Shown piece after piece: positions 30,582 to 41,271 of a DNA stretch of 64,000 bases (its first letter is position 1; every line of letters starts with the position of its first letter). Below the pieces are notes generated by a model. The model worked only from the letters and a program-made list of their open reading frames with translations, did not search any database and was not told the DNA's origin. The DNA is from Naegleria gruberi (lineage: Eukaryota): NCBI GenBank assembly GCA_000004985.1, contig GG738890.1, one strand, 5' to 3'. The translations under genes were made by a program, and so were the position numbers.

Positions 30582-31203
30582 GTTAGCGATTTGTTTTTTG
30601 AAATAAATGGATTAAGCAGTAGGGATTGAGAATTTAAGGTTATCCGTATAGTTCAATACACACTGTTTTGAAATCTAATAAGCAACCGTTGGAGTGGATA
30701 AATTCGTTGGGGTTAAATGGAAAGATGAAAGAACCTGATTTTTTACAACCTATACGGTTCAGTATCCAGTGGCACCGTAGTAACCCTGGTGTTTCAAACA
30801 CTAGGGACATTTTTATCAATGGGGTATATTGCTTATGTAAACAGTTTCCAGAAATGTGGGCTCAACTCGTTGAATACAAAAATTCTATTGACTAAGCTAA
30901 AAAGCTATTTTTCAAGCTAGATTGTGGTGTTTAAATCAATGAATCCAATAATGAAATCAATCAACAATTAATGCGAAACAATACAACGACACTGGTGGAA
31001 ATTCTTGAGAAAAAATCGAGTTTTTTTAAAGTTTAGTCTTTTTCAATATGAGACAACTATTTTCGTCAAGAATATCAGAATTTTTTGTAAGCTACTTCCA
31101 GTACAAAAGTGATTGTGCTTAAAGGTCTGTTTTTGTACTATTGTTATGACAGCAGATTCTCGTGAGATAGGGTTCCAGTTGGCGAAAACTTTAAAAAATA
31201 AAA

Positions 31204-32040
31204 ATGTCCAACTCAACCATTATCTCACTGGTAGTGAGTAGCATGCTCCTTCACTTAACTTTGGTGCATGCTCTGAATGGCTACAATGTTGAATCAAAAG
31301 ATAATGCAAGGATCACTGTTAATAGTGGAGTTTATTCAATTTCCTTCTCAACACTGAACAATTGTCCACTAACGTTAGGTCACCTTAGATATGGTAATTT
31401 TCTGGATTTATACGAGTTACCAACCTCCATTCCGAGTACTTTCAAAGTCATTGCAAATAATGTCTCCTCTTTTTCTAGTTCTGAACTCTATTCATTCACA
31501 TTTTTAACTTATTTTGTGCTATTCAATAACGAATCTAAACCTTGTTATGCTGATACATTTAGTGCAACAATGGAAGTGAATTTATTGACCAATTCATCTA
31601 GTTCATTTACACTTCCGTATTTTGTTACTACAACCTTTTCAATTGATGATTATGGTAGTAATTATGACAAGTTAATAATTGTGAAAAATACGCCTAGTTC
31701 TTTATCATTGGCTTTTGCTTATGAAATTTTAACTGAACGAAGACCAATTACTCCATACGAAATGGATAATAATTACGAAATGAATAGTAATTATCCTCTT
31801 AACATTAGATTAGAAAAAACGATAACAAGCACAACATATATGTATCTAAAATGTACTACTGTTTCTGGTTGTCCAATTTCTTTATCTCTTGGCATACGTA
31901 ATAAGGATTATACTGAGGCAATTATTGGATCTTTGGTTGGTGTAATTGTTCTAGCAGTTATTGTTGTGATTGCATGTGGATTGGCACTCATTATTTGGAG
32001 AGTAAGACGTTCAAAATATTCACCAGTGATTGGAAATTAG
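31204..32040 (+). CDS. Type I membrane glycoprotein (signal peptide, extracellular domain, single C-terminal TM)
   Basis: 278 aa. N-terminal signal 'MSNSTIISLVVSSMLLHLTLVHA'. C-terminal TM 'IIGSLVGVIVLAVIVVIACGLALIIW' followed by the basic 'RVRRSKYS'. Confidence 0.45.
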   Translation: MSNSTIISLVVSSMLLHLTLVHALNGYNVESKDNARITVNSGVYSISFSTLNNCPLTLGHLRYGNFLDLYELPTSIPSTFKVIANNVSSFSSSELYSFTFLTYFVLFNNESKPCYADTFSATMEVNLLTNSSSSFTLPYFVTTTFSIDDYGSNYDKLIIVKNTPSSLSLAFAYEILTERRPITPYEMDNNYEMNSNYPLNIRLEKTITSTTYMYLKCTTVSGCPISLSLGIRNKDYTEAIIGSLVGVIVLAVIVVIACGLALIIWRVRRSKYSPVIGN

Positions 32041-32194
32041 AGATTGGAAGAAAATTTTGTTGAACTGATTCAGATCACATTCATTCTCAATTGTTTCACA
32101 ATAAATCTTAATAATTTATGGACAAATATAAGAATCAATCAGGAGTCAATGGTTTCTAATATTAATTTAATCCGAGGCTATTTATTTACTAGAA

Positions 32195-33319
32195 TCATCC
32201 CTGTGTTAGTGAGTTTAGTTGATTTACAAATTCTGAAAATGTAATTTCCTTTCTAAAACTCAAAAATCCATGAACTTGTTGTTTCCATTCACGAATTTCA
32301 ATTCTTTTTTCATTAGTTGACTTGTTAATTACATCTCCAAATAATTGACCTTCATCTCTTAATACATCATATTCAGCTAACCAAATAAATCCTTTTGGAA
32401 ATTGAGAATAAAATTGAGAATTACTTGTTGGATCAATTGCACTCATAATTGAAAGAAATGGATTTAATTTTGCATTCTCAATTGAAGTATTAACTCCAAT
32501 TAATTGTTTCCAAAACATATCAACCATTGGTGCATTAATAATTAATCCACTATCTCTATATTTAGTAAGTGATTGATATTTCGAATCAGAATTTTCATAA
32601 ATTTCAGTTGCTGGATAAATTAATGCTTGATGTGTAATTTTTGGAATATTCTCACTTTCTATAATATTCTTTTCTAATGAAAATATTCTAATTTGTGTGT
32701 GAATAGACAAGTGACCACCAGCAGAATCTCCACAAATAGTTAACTGATTAATATTTCCATTATATTTCTTAAAATTCTTTCCAATCCAACAAAGTGCATT
32801 TAAGCAATCATTTAAACATGCTGGAAATACATGTTGTGGAGTTTTTCTATAATCAACACTAATAACAAGATAATTATTATTCGAAACATGTCTACAAAAA
32901 TCATCACTTGTATCAATACTTCCAAACATCCATCCACCACCATGAATATACATTAAAATAGGATATCCTTCTTCTCTATATTGTTTAGGTTGATAAACTC
33001 TAATAATATATTCGGATAATTCAGAACTTTCTTTTAAATATAATTCTGAAGAATTTGCATCAAAAGATAGTGGAATAGTTTCAATTCTCAACAAATCGCT
33101 TTCAATTACTCGATGAATGGGCGAAACTTTTACATCTAGAACTGATAATTTACTTCCTAAACTTTTAAAAGCAGTTTTTATAAGTAAATTTGCAAGTAAA
33201 ATTTTAAAATTCACTCCTGGAAATTCAAGTTTTTGCATAAACAAACGAGCACCAAGCCAGGTGAAAAGGGCACTTGCTGTACCAACAGCAGAATACACAG
33301 CTAGTTGTTGTGGATGCAT
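32195..33319 (-). CDS. Alpha/beta-hydrolase fold-3 esterase/lipase (arylacetamide deacetylase / hormone-sensitive-lipase-like)
   Basis: 374 aa. The oxyanion motif 'YIHGGGWMFGS' is present. The catalytic serine motif is 'ICGDSAGGHLS' (GDSAG). There is an N-terminal membrane anchor. Confidence 0.85.
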   Translation of the reverse strand: MHPQQLAVYSAVGTASALFTWLGARLFMQKLEFPGVNFKILLANLLIKTAFKSLGSKLSVLDVKVSPIHRVIESDLLRIETIPLSFDANSSELYLKESSELSEYIIRVYQPKQYREEGYPILMYIHGGGWMFGSIDTSDDFCRHVSNNNYLVISVDYRKTPQHVFPACLNDCLNALCWIGKNFKKYNGNINQLTICGDSAGGHLSIHTQIRIFSLEKNIIESENIPKITHQALIYPATEIYENSDSKYQSLTKYRDSGLIINAPMVDMFWKQLIGVNTSIENAKLNPFLSIMSAIDPTSNSQFYSQFPKGFIWLAEYDVLRDEGQLFGDVINKSTNEKRIEIREWKQQVHGFLSFRKEITFSEFVNQLNSLTQG

Positions 33320-33688
33320 TTTGTTTGATACTGTTTTACAACAGTTCCATTACATTGCAAATTTTGTTGACATTTAAGCGGACAACTAGCACCGTTGTCC
33401 GCTTCATAGGATTTCGATCCAACCATTTTTAATATCAAAATCAAAGAAATTGATTGATTACAGTCTTTAGTAAGGTGTTGAATTATCTATCAAACTGACT
33501 GAATTTCTTAATATCGAAAATTATTATTTGATTTGATGTGAGAATGGTTTGAGCTTTGAGGGTTGATCCAAAACCAGTTTAGTTATTGATATTTGAACAG
33601 TCAGTGTAAATTCATCAAATTCAAACTTGATACAGACATCAAATATGGAGAAATAAACGAGTTAAAACTTGCATTTATGGAAAAATTT

Positions 33689-34946
33689 TTATTCCAAGTC
33701 ACCTCTAATCTTTAGAATAATCTTTCCACTATTCTTATTTTGTTCCATATGTTCATGAGCTTGAATAACTTGATCCATATCAAAGACTGTATCAACATTG
33801 GCAACTAGTTTTTTAGTTTCAAAAGCATCCTTAATGTAATCTTTCAATTCTTGAACAAGTTGTTGCTTATAGAGAGGAGATCTACTTCTCAAAGTACTAT
33901 ATTGAATACGAATTCTCTTTCTCAACATTAATCCTAAATCAATAGTAGCGCTGGTTCCTCCCATTGTTGCAATTCCAATAATAGTGGCATCTAATCTGGC
34001 AATTTGTAAATCTTGTTCCAAATAGGTATTTCCACCAATTGGATCTAGAATATAATCAATGAGTGGTGTAACACCACTTTCAGAATCATTGGTCAAGATT
34101 TTTGAAAGTTTTTCACTCCACTTTGGATTTTCCTTATAATTTACATAATGAGTAGCTCCGTATTGTTTACAAAATTCACCCTTCTCATCACTTCCACAAG
34201 TAACACAAATGTTCTTACACAATCCACTCAATTTACACAATTGAATCAATGCCAATCCAACACCACTTGCACCACCATGAATCAAAACATTGAGATTTCC
34301 CTCAAGTTTTTCATGTAATCTTCCAATTTTGAAGAAACATTGAAATGCAGTCAAGAAAGCTTCTGGAATTGCAGCAGCTTCCTTCAATGAAATTCCATTA
34401 CAATGAAACATTTGACTTGTAGTAGCAATAACATATTCAGAATATGCACCTCCTTCAACAAGACAATAAACATAATCTCCAACTTTGAATTGACCATCAG
34501 TGGATGTTTCTTGTCCATTGGAAAACTTTTCAATAATACCCGAAACTTCTAATCCAATAATTGGACTATTACCAGGTTGTAATGGATACATTCCATTTCT
34601 TTGTACAATATCTACATTAATCATTAAATAATTATTAAATATTGTGATTAATACATTAATTATCAAATTAATGATCGGAATAAAACATCATCAATTTAAT
34701 CAAATATTAGCCATTAAATATTATTACAATTAATATTTAATATATTTAATAAAACATACCAGTACGATTCAAAGCAGCATAATAAACTTTAATCAAGGCT
34801 TGAGTATTACCAACTGCTGATTGTTGTTGTTGTTGTGATGAAGGTGGTGCAGAAAATTCAGGAATTGGATATTCATTATCAATGTATAAATCTTTGGCTG
34901 ATTTGGTGATTGGTTGACGAACTTGAACAACTCGTTGTTGACTCAT
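33689..34946 (-). CDS. NADPH:quinone oxidoreductase / zeta-crystallin-like (MDR superfamily), 2 exons
   Basis: Exon 1 is 34760..34946 ('MSQQRVVQVRQPITKSAKDLYIDNEYPIPEF...ALIKVYYAALNRT'). Exon 2 is 33689..34611 ('DIVQRNGMYPLQPGNSPIIGLEVSG...HGGASGVGLALIQLCK...'). The phase-1 intron of about 148 nt runs gtatgt...aatgtag. Confidence 0.8.
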
Positions 34947-34988
34947 TTTTTTTAATACACTTTACAATATTAAATATATAATACTTTA

Positions 34989-36947
34989 TTAAGCAAGTTT
35001 CTTCCAATTTTGATAAGCATTCTGCACAGCATTAAAAACAGTGTTCAATTCAAATGTAATTAATTCACTCTCCTCTTGGGTTAACAAATCATTCTTCAAT
35101 AGTGGTGATTGATCTGTGTGAATTGTAAAAATTACTTTTTTGTAAACTTTCAATATTTCAGGTCGTTCAGCAGTTGTGCAAAGTAAAAGTGAAGCATGAT
35201 CTGCCTTATTTGTATGATATTTCTCAATGACATAGTTCAATACTTGTCGAAATGTTTTAAATTTACAGAAATTTAAAATTTCTTCTTCGATTTTGTCTTT
35301 CTTTTCTTTTAGTTTCTTTTGAGTTTCGGATAGTTTCAAAAGAGATAATCTTGGCATTTCACATTCGCTTGGAATAACTTGAATTTCATGTGAAAATTCT
35401 TTCAATTTCTTTGATTTGTGAATTAATCTTAAAGTGTAAATTCCAGACCATTCTGGAATAAATTCACAAGAATAATGAGATTCGTCCGCTGATTTCTTAC
35501 ATTGTAATTTAAACTTGTTTTCATTAATTAAATTATGATATTCTTCATTTTCTGTTTTAAATGTAAATTCCAATTCCAGATTTTCAATATTTTGAATTTC
35601 ATTTCCATAAATATCCAATGGTTTAATCTTGATTATTGTTGAATTCAATGAAATTACATGTTTCAAATCGGGTAAATTAATAATTTCAATAGTATGAATT
35701 GAAGATGGTATAATATTACAAAATAATCGATTATCAATAGATGAAATATTTTCACTTTCTAACACTCCGATTGGTATTAAACTTTCTGTTTTTTCATTTT
35801 TGTAAAAAACTTCAATTTCCAATTGACTTATTACAATACTTTCAATAAAAAAGTTAATTAATTGATCTTCCATTGAATAGTTCACTTGAATTCTTTCATT
35901 TTCTTCAATAATACTTTCTTGCAAACTCCATTTCCATCTTGATCTGGAATTCTTTTCAAAGAATTGTAAAATTACATTTTCAGGATTAAACCCCAAAAGA
36001 GTTGTATTTCCAAACATATCTTTCAAGTTCATTGTAATTTTACAACTCTCTCCTGCACCTATTTCAATTTGAGATTTCCCATTCTCAAAAGAAACAAAAC
36101 TATTCTTAAATGAAACTGTTGATGAATGAAATTCCATGTCAAATTTCATTTCACAACATGTTCTATATTGAATATAACTCAATTCCAAGCAATAATTTCC
36201 ACTTTCATTAGTTGTACATGCAAAAACTGAAATATTTTGAGAATGAGAAATCAAATCACATTTTTGAACTTTTCTATTCTTTTTCATATCTGTAAAATAC
36301 CCGCTACTCTTATAAAGTATTGCATTCCATATTGTTTCTTCACTATTAATTGGATTACCGAAAATGTCAAATGTTTCCATTGAGAAATGAAATGGAATTC
36401 CAACATTGGCATTCAGTTTTTTAGAATCTTCTTCCAAAATATTATCTGAAATGATCTTAAATTTACAAAATTTCTCTGAAGGATATAATAAATTACTTCT
36501 TTTCAGTATAGAATAAGTAAATTGTATCACAAATGAATAATAGGTTAATTCATTCTCAAAATGGTAATAAATTGGAGAGTCCATTCCTTGAATGAGTATT
36601 GAAAATCCCTTTAAATCAGGTGTTACATCTGAATCTTCATTAAAATTCAATTCCTTGATGGATTTTAGTGAAATTTGTTTTTGATGATCAATTAAAATAT
36701 TTTCACTTTCTATATTTGTATCTATTTCTAATGATCTTTTATGAGGTTTCCCATTAATATTCTTCTTCCATACAGTATATTGTTGTGTTTCATTAGTAGA
36801 AATGTACTGTTTCATCAATTCTTTCAAGTAATTATTCAATTCTAAACTCCAATCATTATTTGTAAATTGAACCTTGACCTTGTTTTCCTTTTGTGGAATA
36901 ATAATACTGGATGTCTTTTTTAATTTCTTCAAATTCTTGTTGCTCAT
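34989..36947 (-). CDS. Hypothetical protein (652 aa) with filamin/ABP280-type Ig-like repeat signatures
   Basis: The repeated 'D(I/M)(F/Y)GN' cores are 'FDIFGNPINSEE', 'LKDMFGNTTLLG' and 'LDIYGNEIQNIE'. The C-terminus is coiled-coil. The assignment is tentative. Confidence 0.4.
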   Translation of the reverse strand: MSNKNLKKLKKTSSIIIPQKENKVKVQFTNNDWSLELNNYLKELMKQYISTNETQQYTVWKKNINGKPHKRSLEIDTNIESENILIDHQKQISLKSIKELNFNEDSDVTPDLKGFSILIQGMDSPIYYHFENELTYYSFVIQFTYSILKRSNLLYPSEKFCKFKIISDNILEEDSKKLNANVGIPFHFSMETFDIFGNPINSEETIWNAILYKSSGYFTDMKKNRKVQKCDLISHSQNISVFACTTNESGNYCLELSYIQYRTCCEMKFDMEFHSSTVSFKNSFVSFENGKSQIEIGAGESCKITMNLKDMFGNTTLLGFNPENVILQFFEKNSRSRWKWSLQESIIEENERIQVNYSMEDQLINFFIESIVISQLEIEVFYKNEKTESLIPIGVLESENISSIDNRLFCNIIPSSIHTIEIINLPDLKHVISLNSTIIKIKPLDIYGNEIQNIENLELEFTFKTENEEYHNLINENKFKLQCKKSADESHYSCEFIPEWSGIYTLRLIHKSKKLKEFSHEIQVIPSECEMPRLSLLKLSETQKKLKEKKDKIEEEILNFCKFKTFRQVLNYVIEKYHTNKADHASLLLCTTAERPEILKVYKKVIFTIHTDQSPLLKNDLLTQEESELITFELNTVFNAVQNAYQNWKKLA

Positions 36948-37089
36948 TTGTTGAGTACTAGCTAAATAGTTCCGAGAGTGAATGTTGTTTGGTTATTTTT
37001 TTCTTTGATTTTTTAACCATTATTGTTCAATTTCGAAAATGAAAGTTGTTTCAGAATTGAGTTTCAATGTGGAAATGAAAAAATGAAAT

Positions 37090-39279
37090 TTACTGGGATA
37101 TCATATTTGAAGGATTAATGTACATTAAAACAACTAAATCCAATAATTCTTGAACAAAATTAGAAAGTGTAAATTCCTTTGTGTTTTCTAACAGTGAAAA
37201 TTCAATAATTTTTGGAAGTTTGATTGAATCATTATCGCTCAATTCAGAATAAACATGTGAGAATGCACTTGACCATGTAATATTAGCTATTTCTGAAGTG
37301 AGAACCAAAGATGAATAGTAGAGAGTGTGAAGTGGTGTGAAATGTTTCATTTCCACCAATCTCTCAATGTCAAGCAGAGAAAGGGCACTGAATTTAACAC
37401 CCAGAAATTGGATTCTACCGACAATGATGTTTACATGGTCTGGATTATCTACAAAGAATCCTTGAAGTCTATTACTAAGAATTTCATTCAAAAGAGTTGA
37501 ATCTCTGCAATCTTGAACGAATCCTCTTTTGAGCAATAAAGTGAATAAATTCTTAAAGTTGTCTAATAAAACATCGAATTGACCAATAGTTTCGGATGGA
37601 TTCTTTTCATGTAGTATATCTAAATCTTTCAAGAATAAATAAAATTGCTTGCAGAGGGCATGGATTAATGAGTATCTAACTGATTTGATAATTTCAAATT
37701 CATTTCCATCAAATAAGTAATTAATGAATTTTGATTGATTTCCATAATCTAATCTATTATCAAATATACTATTAATGAGCTCATTTCCAGTATTTTGTTT
37801 GATACACAATTCTAATAATTTCTTTGACTCTTCCAATCTATTGTAATGTTGAGAAAAAAACTTTGACACATCCAAGCGTGTTAATTGATAGATTATATCT
37901 CCATTAACAATTGATTCAAAAAGTTGCTTCTTTTCATCCACATTGGATATTAATGAAATCAATCCATACTCCCCCAATTCTACTTTTACAGACATTTTCT
38001 TTCCTGCAGATTTTATGGATTCACCCAATTCAAATAAAGAACCAAATAAACCTCTTATATTTGAAGAATCCAATTTAAACTCAATGACATCGGTAAATCC
38101 ATCAATAATATTAGTATGTGGATACTTTTTTTCACAAATGGTTTCGGCGAGTAAGAAATTGAATACTGTTGCAACAAAACTACCTTCATTAGAAATCTTG
38201 TGCATTCTATTTGATTGGATCAAAGACAGAATTTCAGAAATGTCCTTCATAACATTTGATTGAAAATTGTCTTCTTTCAAATGTTTAGCAACTGCCAACT
38301 TGTAAAAATAACAAGCAACATTGATAATAGGAATGAACGTTTCCCTCTTCTCAATTAAGGCCTTTAACGGGGTCATTCTAGACCTGAATGAAATATCTGT
38401 TTTAGAAAAATAACTAAACATCATATCCAACTCTATTATTAAACTGTTGCAAGCAGTTTGTGTGAAATAGGAGCAGTTTTTAAAAGTATTACAGAGTGCA
38501 ATATTATATGCTTGATATCTAATAGCATTATCTGCAACTTGCTCTTTTGCAAATTCCAAACTTTTGACTGCTCCTTCAAAATCTCTAAACAAGTGCACTG
38601 TTTCTGTAGTACTTCTTGTTCTCTTGTTTGTATAAAGATTGAAATACTTTTCATCTATCTTCAACAAGTATGAATTCAATCTTCCAGAGCCGAAATAAGG
38701 AGATAAATTACTCCCACCTGAAGAAACAACTCTCTTCCAAGCCTGTAAAAATACCAATTTAGGATTATCATCCTTCTTTAAATGTTTAGTATGTTTATAA
38801 TGTGTTCCTCTTTTGTATAATAAACTACAGCCTTGAATTTCCTTAATGAAACTTCCAAAATTACTCAAATCCTTCTTATTTTTAGACTGAAATTGAAATT
38901 CTTCCAATAATAAATAAATCAAATGTTTCCAGAACCAATCAAATTCATGAGTGACTTTGTAAATATAAGAATTTGACAGAAATAAATTTAAACATTCTCT
39001 CAAATCATCCTTAAATACTCCATAACTTAAAATCATCATCCACTCAATAGATGAGAGCTGAGTAATTGGAGCAAGCTTCTTCCGATTAGAAACGTTAGCC
39101 TTCTCCAACAAGGTGGTTAGAGATTCATTGACCGGAGAAAGTTGATTCGGATCAAGTGTGGAGTTGTTATTTGCTTGTTTGCTCATATTATCGTTGACTG
39201 GATAATGGATCAAATAAATATTGTACGAGTAGAAGTAGCCTACTTTGATTTGTTTTTTTTGATTTTTTAATGTGATCAA
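37090..39279 (-). CDS. Hypothetical large protein (729 aa), alpha-helical
   Basis: Long intact ORF. The true start is probably the internal ATG at 39184-39186 ('MSKQANNNS'). No domain recognised. Confidence 0.45.
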   Translation of the reverse strand: MITLKNQKKQIKVGYFYSYNIYLIHYPVNDNMSKQANNNSTLDPNQLSPVNESLTTLLEKANVSNRKKLAPITQLSSIEWMMILSYGVFKDDLRECLNLFLSNSYIYKVTHEFDWFWKHLIYLLLEEFQFQSKNKKDLSNFGSFIKEIQGCSLLYKRGTHYKHTKHLKKDDNPKLVFLQAWKRVVSSGGSNLSPYFGSGRLNSYLLKIDEKYFNLYTNKRTRSTTETVHLFRDFEGAVKSLEFAKEQVADNAIRYQAYNIALCNTFKNCSYFTQTACNSLIIELDMMFSYFSKTDISFRSRMTPLKALIEKRETFIPIINVACYFYKLAVAKHLKEDNFQSNVMKDISEILSLIQSNRMHKISNEGSFVATVFNFLLAETICEKKYPHTNIIDGFTDVIEFKLDSSNIRGLFGSLFELGESIKSAGKKMSVKVELGEYGLISLISNVDEKKQLFESIVNGDIIYQLTRLDVSKFFSQHYNRLEESKKLLELCIKQNTGNELINSIFDNRLDYGNQSKFINYLFDGNEFEIIKSVRYSLIHALCKQFYLFLKDLDILHEKNPSETIGQFDVLLDNFKNLFTLLLKRGFVQDCRDSTLLNEILSNRLQGFFVDNPDHVNIIVGRIQFLGVKFSALSLLDIERLVEMKHFTPLHTLYYSSLVLTSEIANITWSSAFSHVYSELSDNDSIKLPKIIEFSLLENTKEFTLSNFVQELLDLVVLMYINPSNMISQ

Positions 39280-39574
39280 AGTTCATTCCCAAATGCTGCT
39301 TGCAACAAAAACTCCCGCCAAAACCGTTCTTGCTACAGTAAGAATCTAGATCCATCCTTTGATATACTTTTGGTTGACCAAAATAACTTGTTGTGTCATG
39401 TTCTCCTTTAAAAAAAATGAAACAACGCAAACAACGAGTTGTTGTTGGCAAAAAGACAAAAATTTGTGATTTGAATGACGACATGTTCCGAGTAATTTAT
39501 CAATTTCTGGTCCATAATTGAAAGAAGGTTTTGTTAGACAATGAGAACTTGTAAATATCAACAATGTCCAGAAA

Positions 39575-40423
39575 TTGATAAATTACTCGGAAATGAATAG
39601 AAAGGCATTTGAAGGAAGAAGGAGAGACGTTCTTTCATTTCCAATAAATGAAGTTTACAATCCAATAACTTTTTCAATGATTCCTTACCAACCAAAACTT
39701 CATTCAATAATTCAAAAATATCATTTTAACACTCGTGAAGAAATTGAATCTATTGAAATACCACAAGATTACAATACGACTGACCTATCTGTCATTCTGG
39801 TTGGACAAGCAGGTTCTGGTAAAAATACAATGAAATGTAAGATTGCAAAGGGAACATATGGGTTTATGCCAGATTGTGAACCTGAAGAGTTGAATTTAGA
39901 AAATGGTCATAAAATTACATTTTACACAAGGTCATGAAGAGTAAGTTAGTAGTCATAAGTTTGAATTCTTACGCCCTTTTTAAGATATGATCAATTAAGA
40001 GCCTTTTCCTATTCTCATTATCCCACACAATTAGATTTGATATTTCTATGCTATTCATTTATTAGAAATGATTCATTATTGGAGTTGAAAAGAAAATATA
40101 TCAGAGAAGTTAATCATCATCTGCCAAATGTTCCATGCATATTGGTGGGAAATAAAGTTGAATGGAGAAATGATAAAGATTATATTAGAAAGATGAAAGA
40201 ACAGAATACAGAATTCATCACCTATGAAGATGGTTTAACAATGGCAAAACAGTTGGGATGTTTATCATTTATTGAAACATCGACACCAGAAAGTAAAGAC
40301 GAACCTGGAATTGGTTTACAAAATATTGGAATGTTTATTAGAAAGCTAATGTATGCAAGTCAGCTACCCAAGAACCACAAGACAAATGAGAATATCCCAA
40401 AAAAGAAATGTATAATTCAGTAA
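39575..40423 (+). CDS. Divergent Ras-superfamily GTPase-like protein (has P-loop and NKxD-like motif, lacks DxxG switch II), CAAX terminus, 2 exons
   Basis: Exon 1 is 39575..39930 ('...LSVILVGQAGSGKNTMK...GHKITFYT'). An intron of about 135 nt ends tttattag. Exon 2 is 40066..40423 ('RNDSLLELKRKYIREVNHHLPNVPCILVGNKVEW...FIETSTPES...KKKCIIQ*'). Only about 60 residues separate the P-loop from the NKVE motif. Confidence 0.45.
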
Positions 40424-40470
40424 TAGATTTCAAGCTCAATAATTTATTATGTTGCATAAACAAATATGAA

Positions 40471-41126
40471 TTAAGGTCTAATTAACATGGCACATGAATA
40501 ATAACTCATACCAATAGTAATAATTAAACCTAAAAGAGAAACTCCAATAAAAATACCTCCAATTAATGACAGAATGAAAGCGTATGCAGTTTGTACAGAA
40601 TTTACACTAACTTTTGGTGATTCATAATTTTCATAAAAAGTATTGACATAACAATCAATGGTTTTTCCACTTGTATATGAATATGCTTGATCTGATGATG
40701 AAAAGTATTCAGTTGTTAATGATTTTCCTAAGAGTGGAACATAAACTGTTAATTGACAATTTGTTGTACAACTTTTTGAAGCAACTTCCTTTACATTACA
40801 AGAAACTAGTTTAGTTAAAGAATCGGCATCTGGTTTTTCACTTGCTATTATTATATTAGAAAAATGTATAATTTAAAATGTGTGATGATAGTGATGATAG
40901 TGATGATGAATATTATTGTATTTGTTCATAATTATTAACAGTTAGTTATTAGAAAGTGATGATCAATTTTATCCGAAACTTTAAATTGACACAAACCTCC
41001 AAGTATTATAATTCCAATAAAAACACCAAGTAGCGAAACAGCTAACATGAGTGCCACACATAAATTGAGACAAAATTTAGCAGTACTTTTAGCCTTCTTC
41101 TTTCCTTGTGGATTTACAATTGTCAT
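40471..41126 (-). CDS. Small two-TM membrane protein with Cys-rich extracellular loop, 2 exons
   Basis: Exon 1 is 40997..41126 ('MTIVNPQGKKKAKSTAKFCLNLCVALMLAVSLLGVFIGIIILG'). The intron runs gtttgt...taatag. Exon 2 is 40471..40844 ('ASEKPDADSLTKLVSCNVKEVASKSCTTNCQLTVYVPLLGKS...IDCYVNTFYENYESPKV...FILSLIGGIFIGVSLLGLIITIGMSYYSCAMLIRP*'). Confidence 0.4.
40882..40908. repeat. Tandem 9-mer (gtgatgata x3) inside the intron of the two-TM gene
   Basis: The sequence gtgatgatagtgatgatagtgatgatg is directly visible. Confidence 0.6.
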
Positions 41127-41271
41127 TTTTTTATTTCTTTTTAATAGTGATCGATGATAGACAGCGTTTAAAATGTCAGATAATGATGTTTCACTTTTGG
41201 TGAGACAATTAGATATCAAGCAACAGTTTAATTTCATGTACATTTTATTAAGAAGAATTTAAAATCACAAA

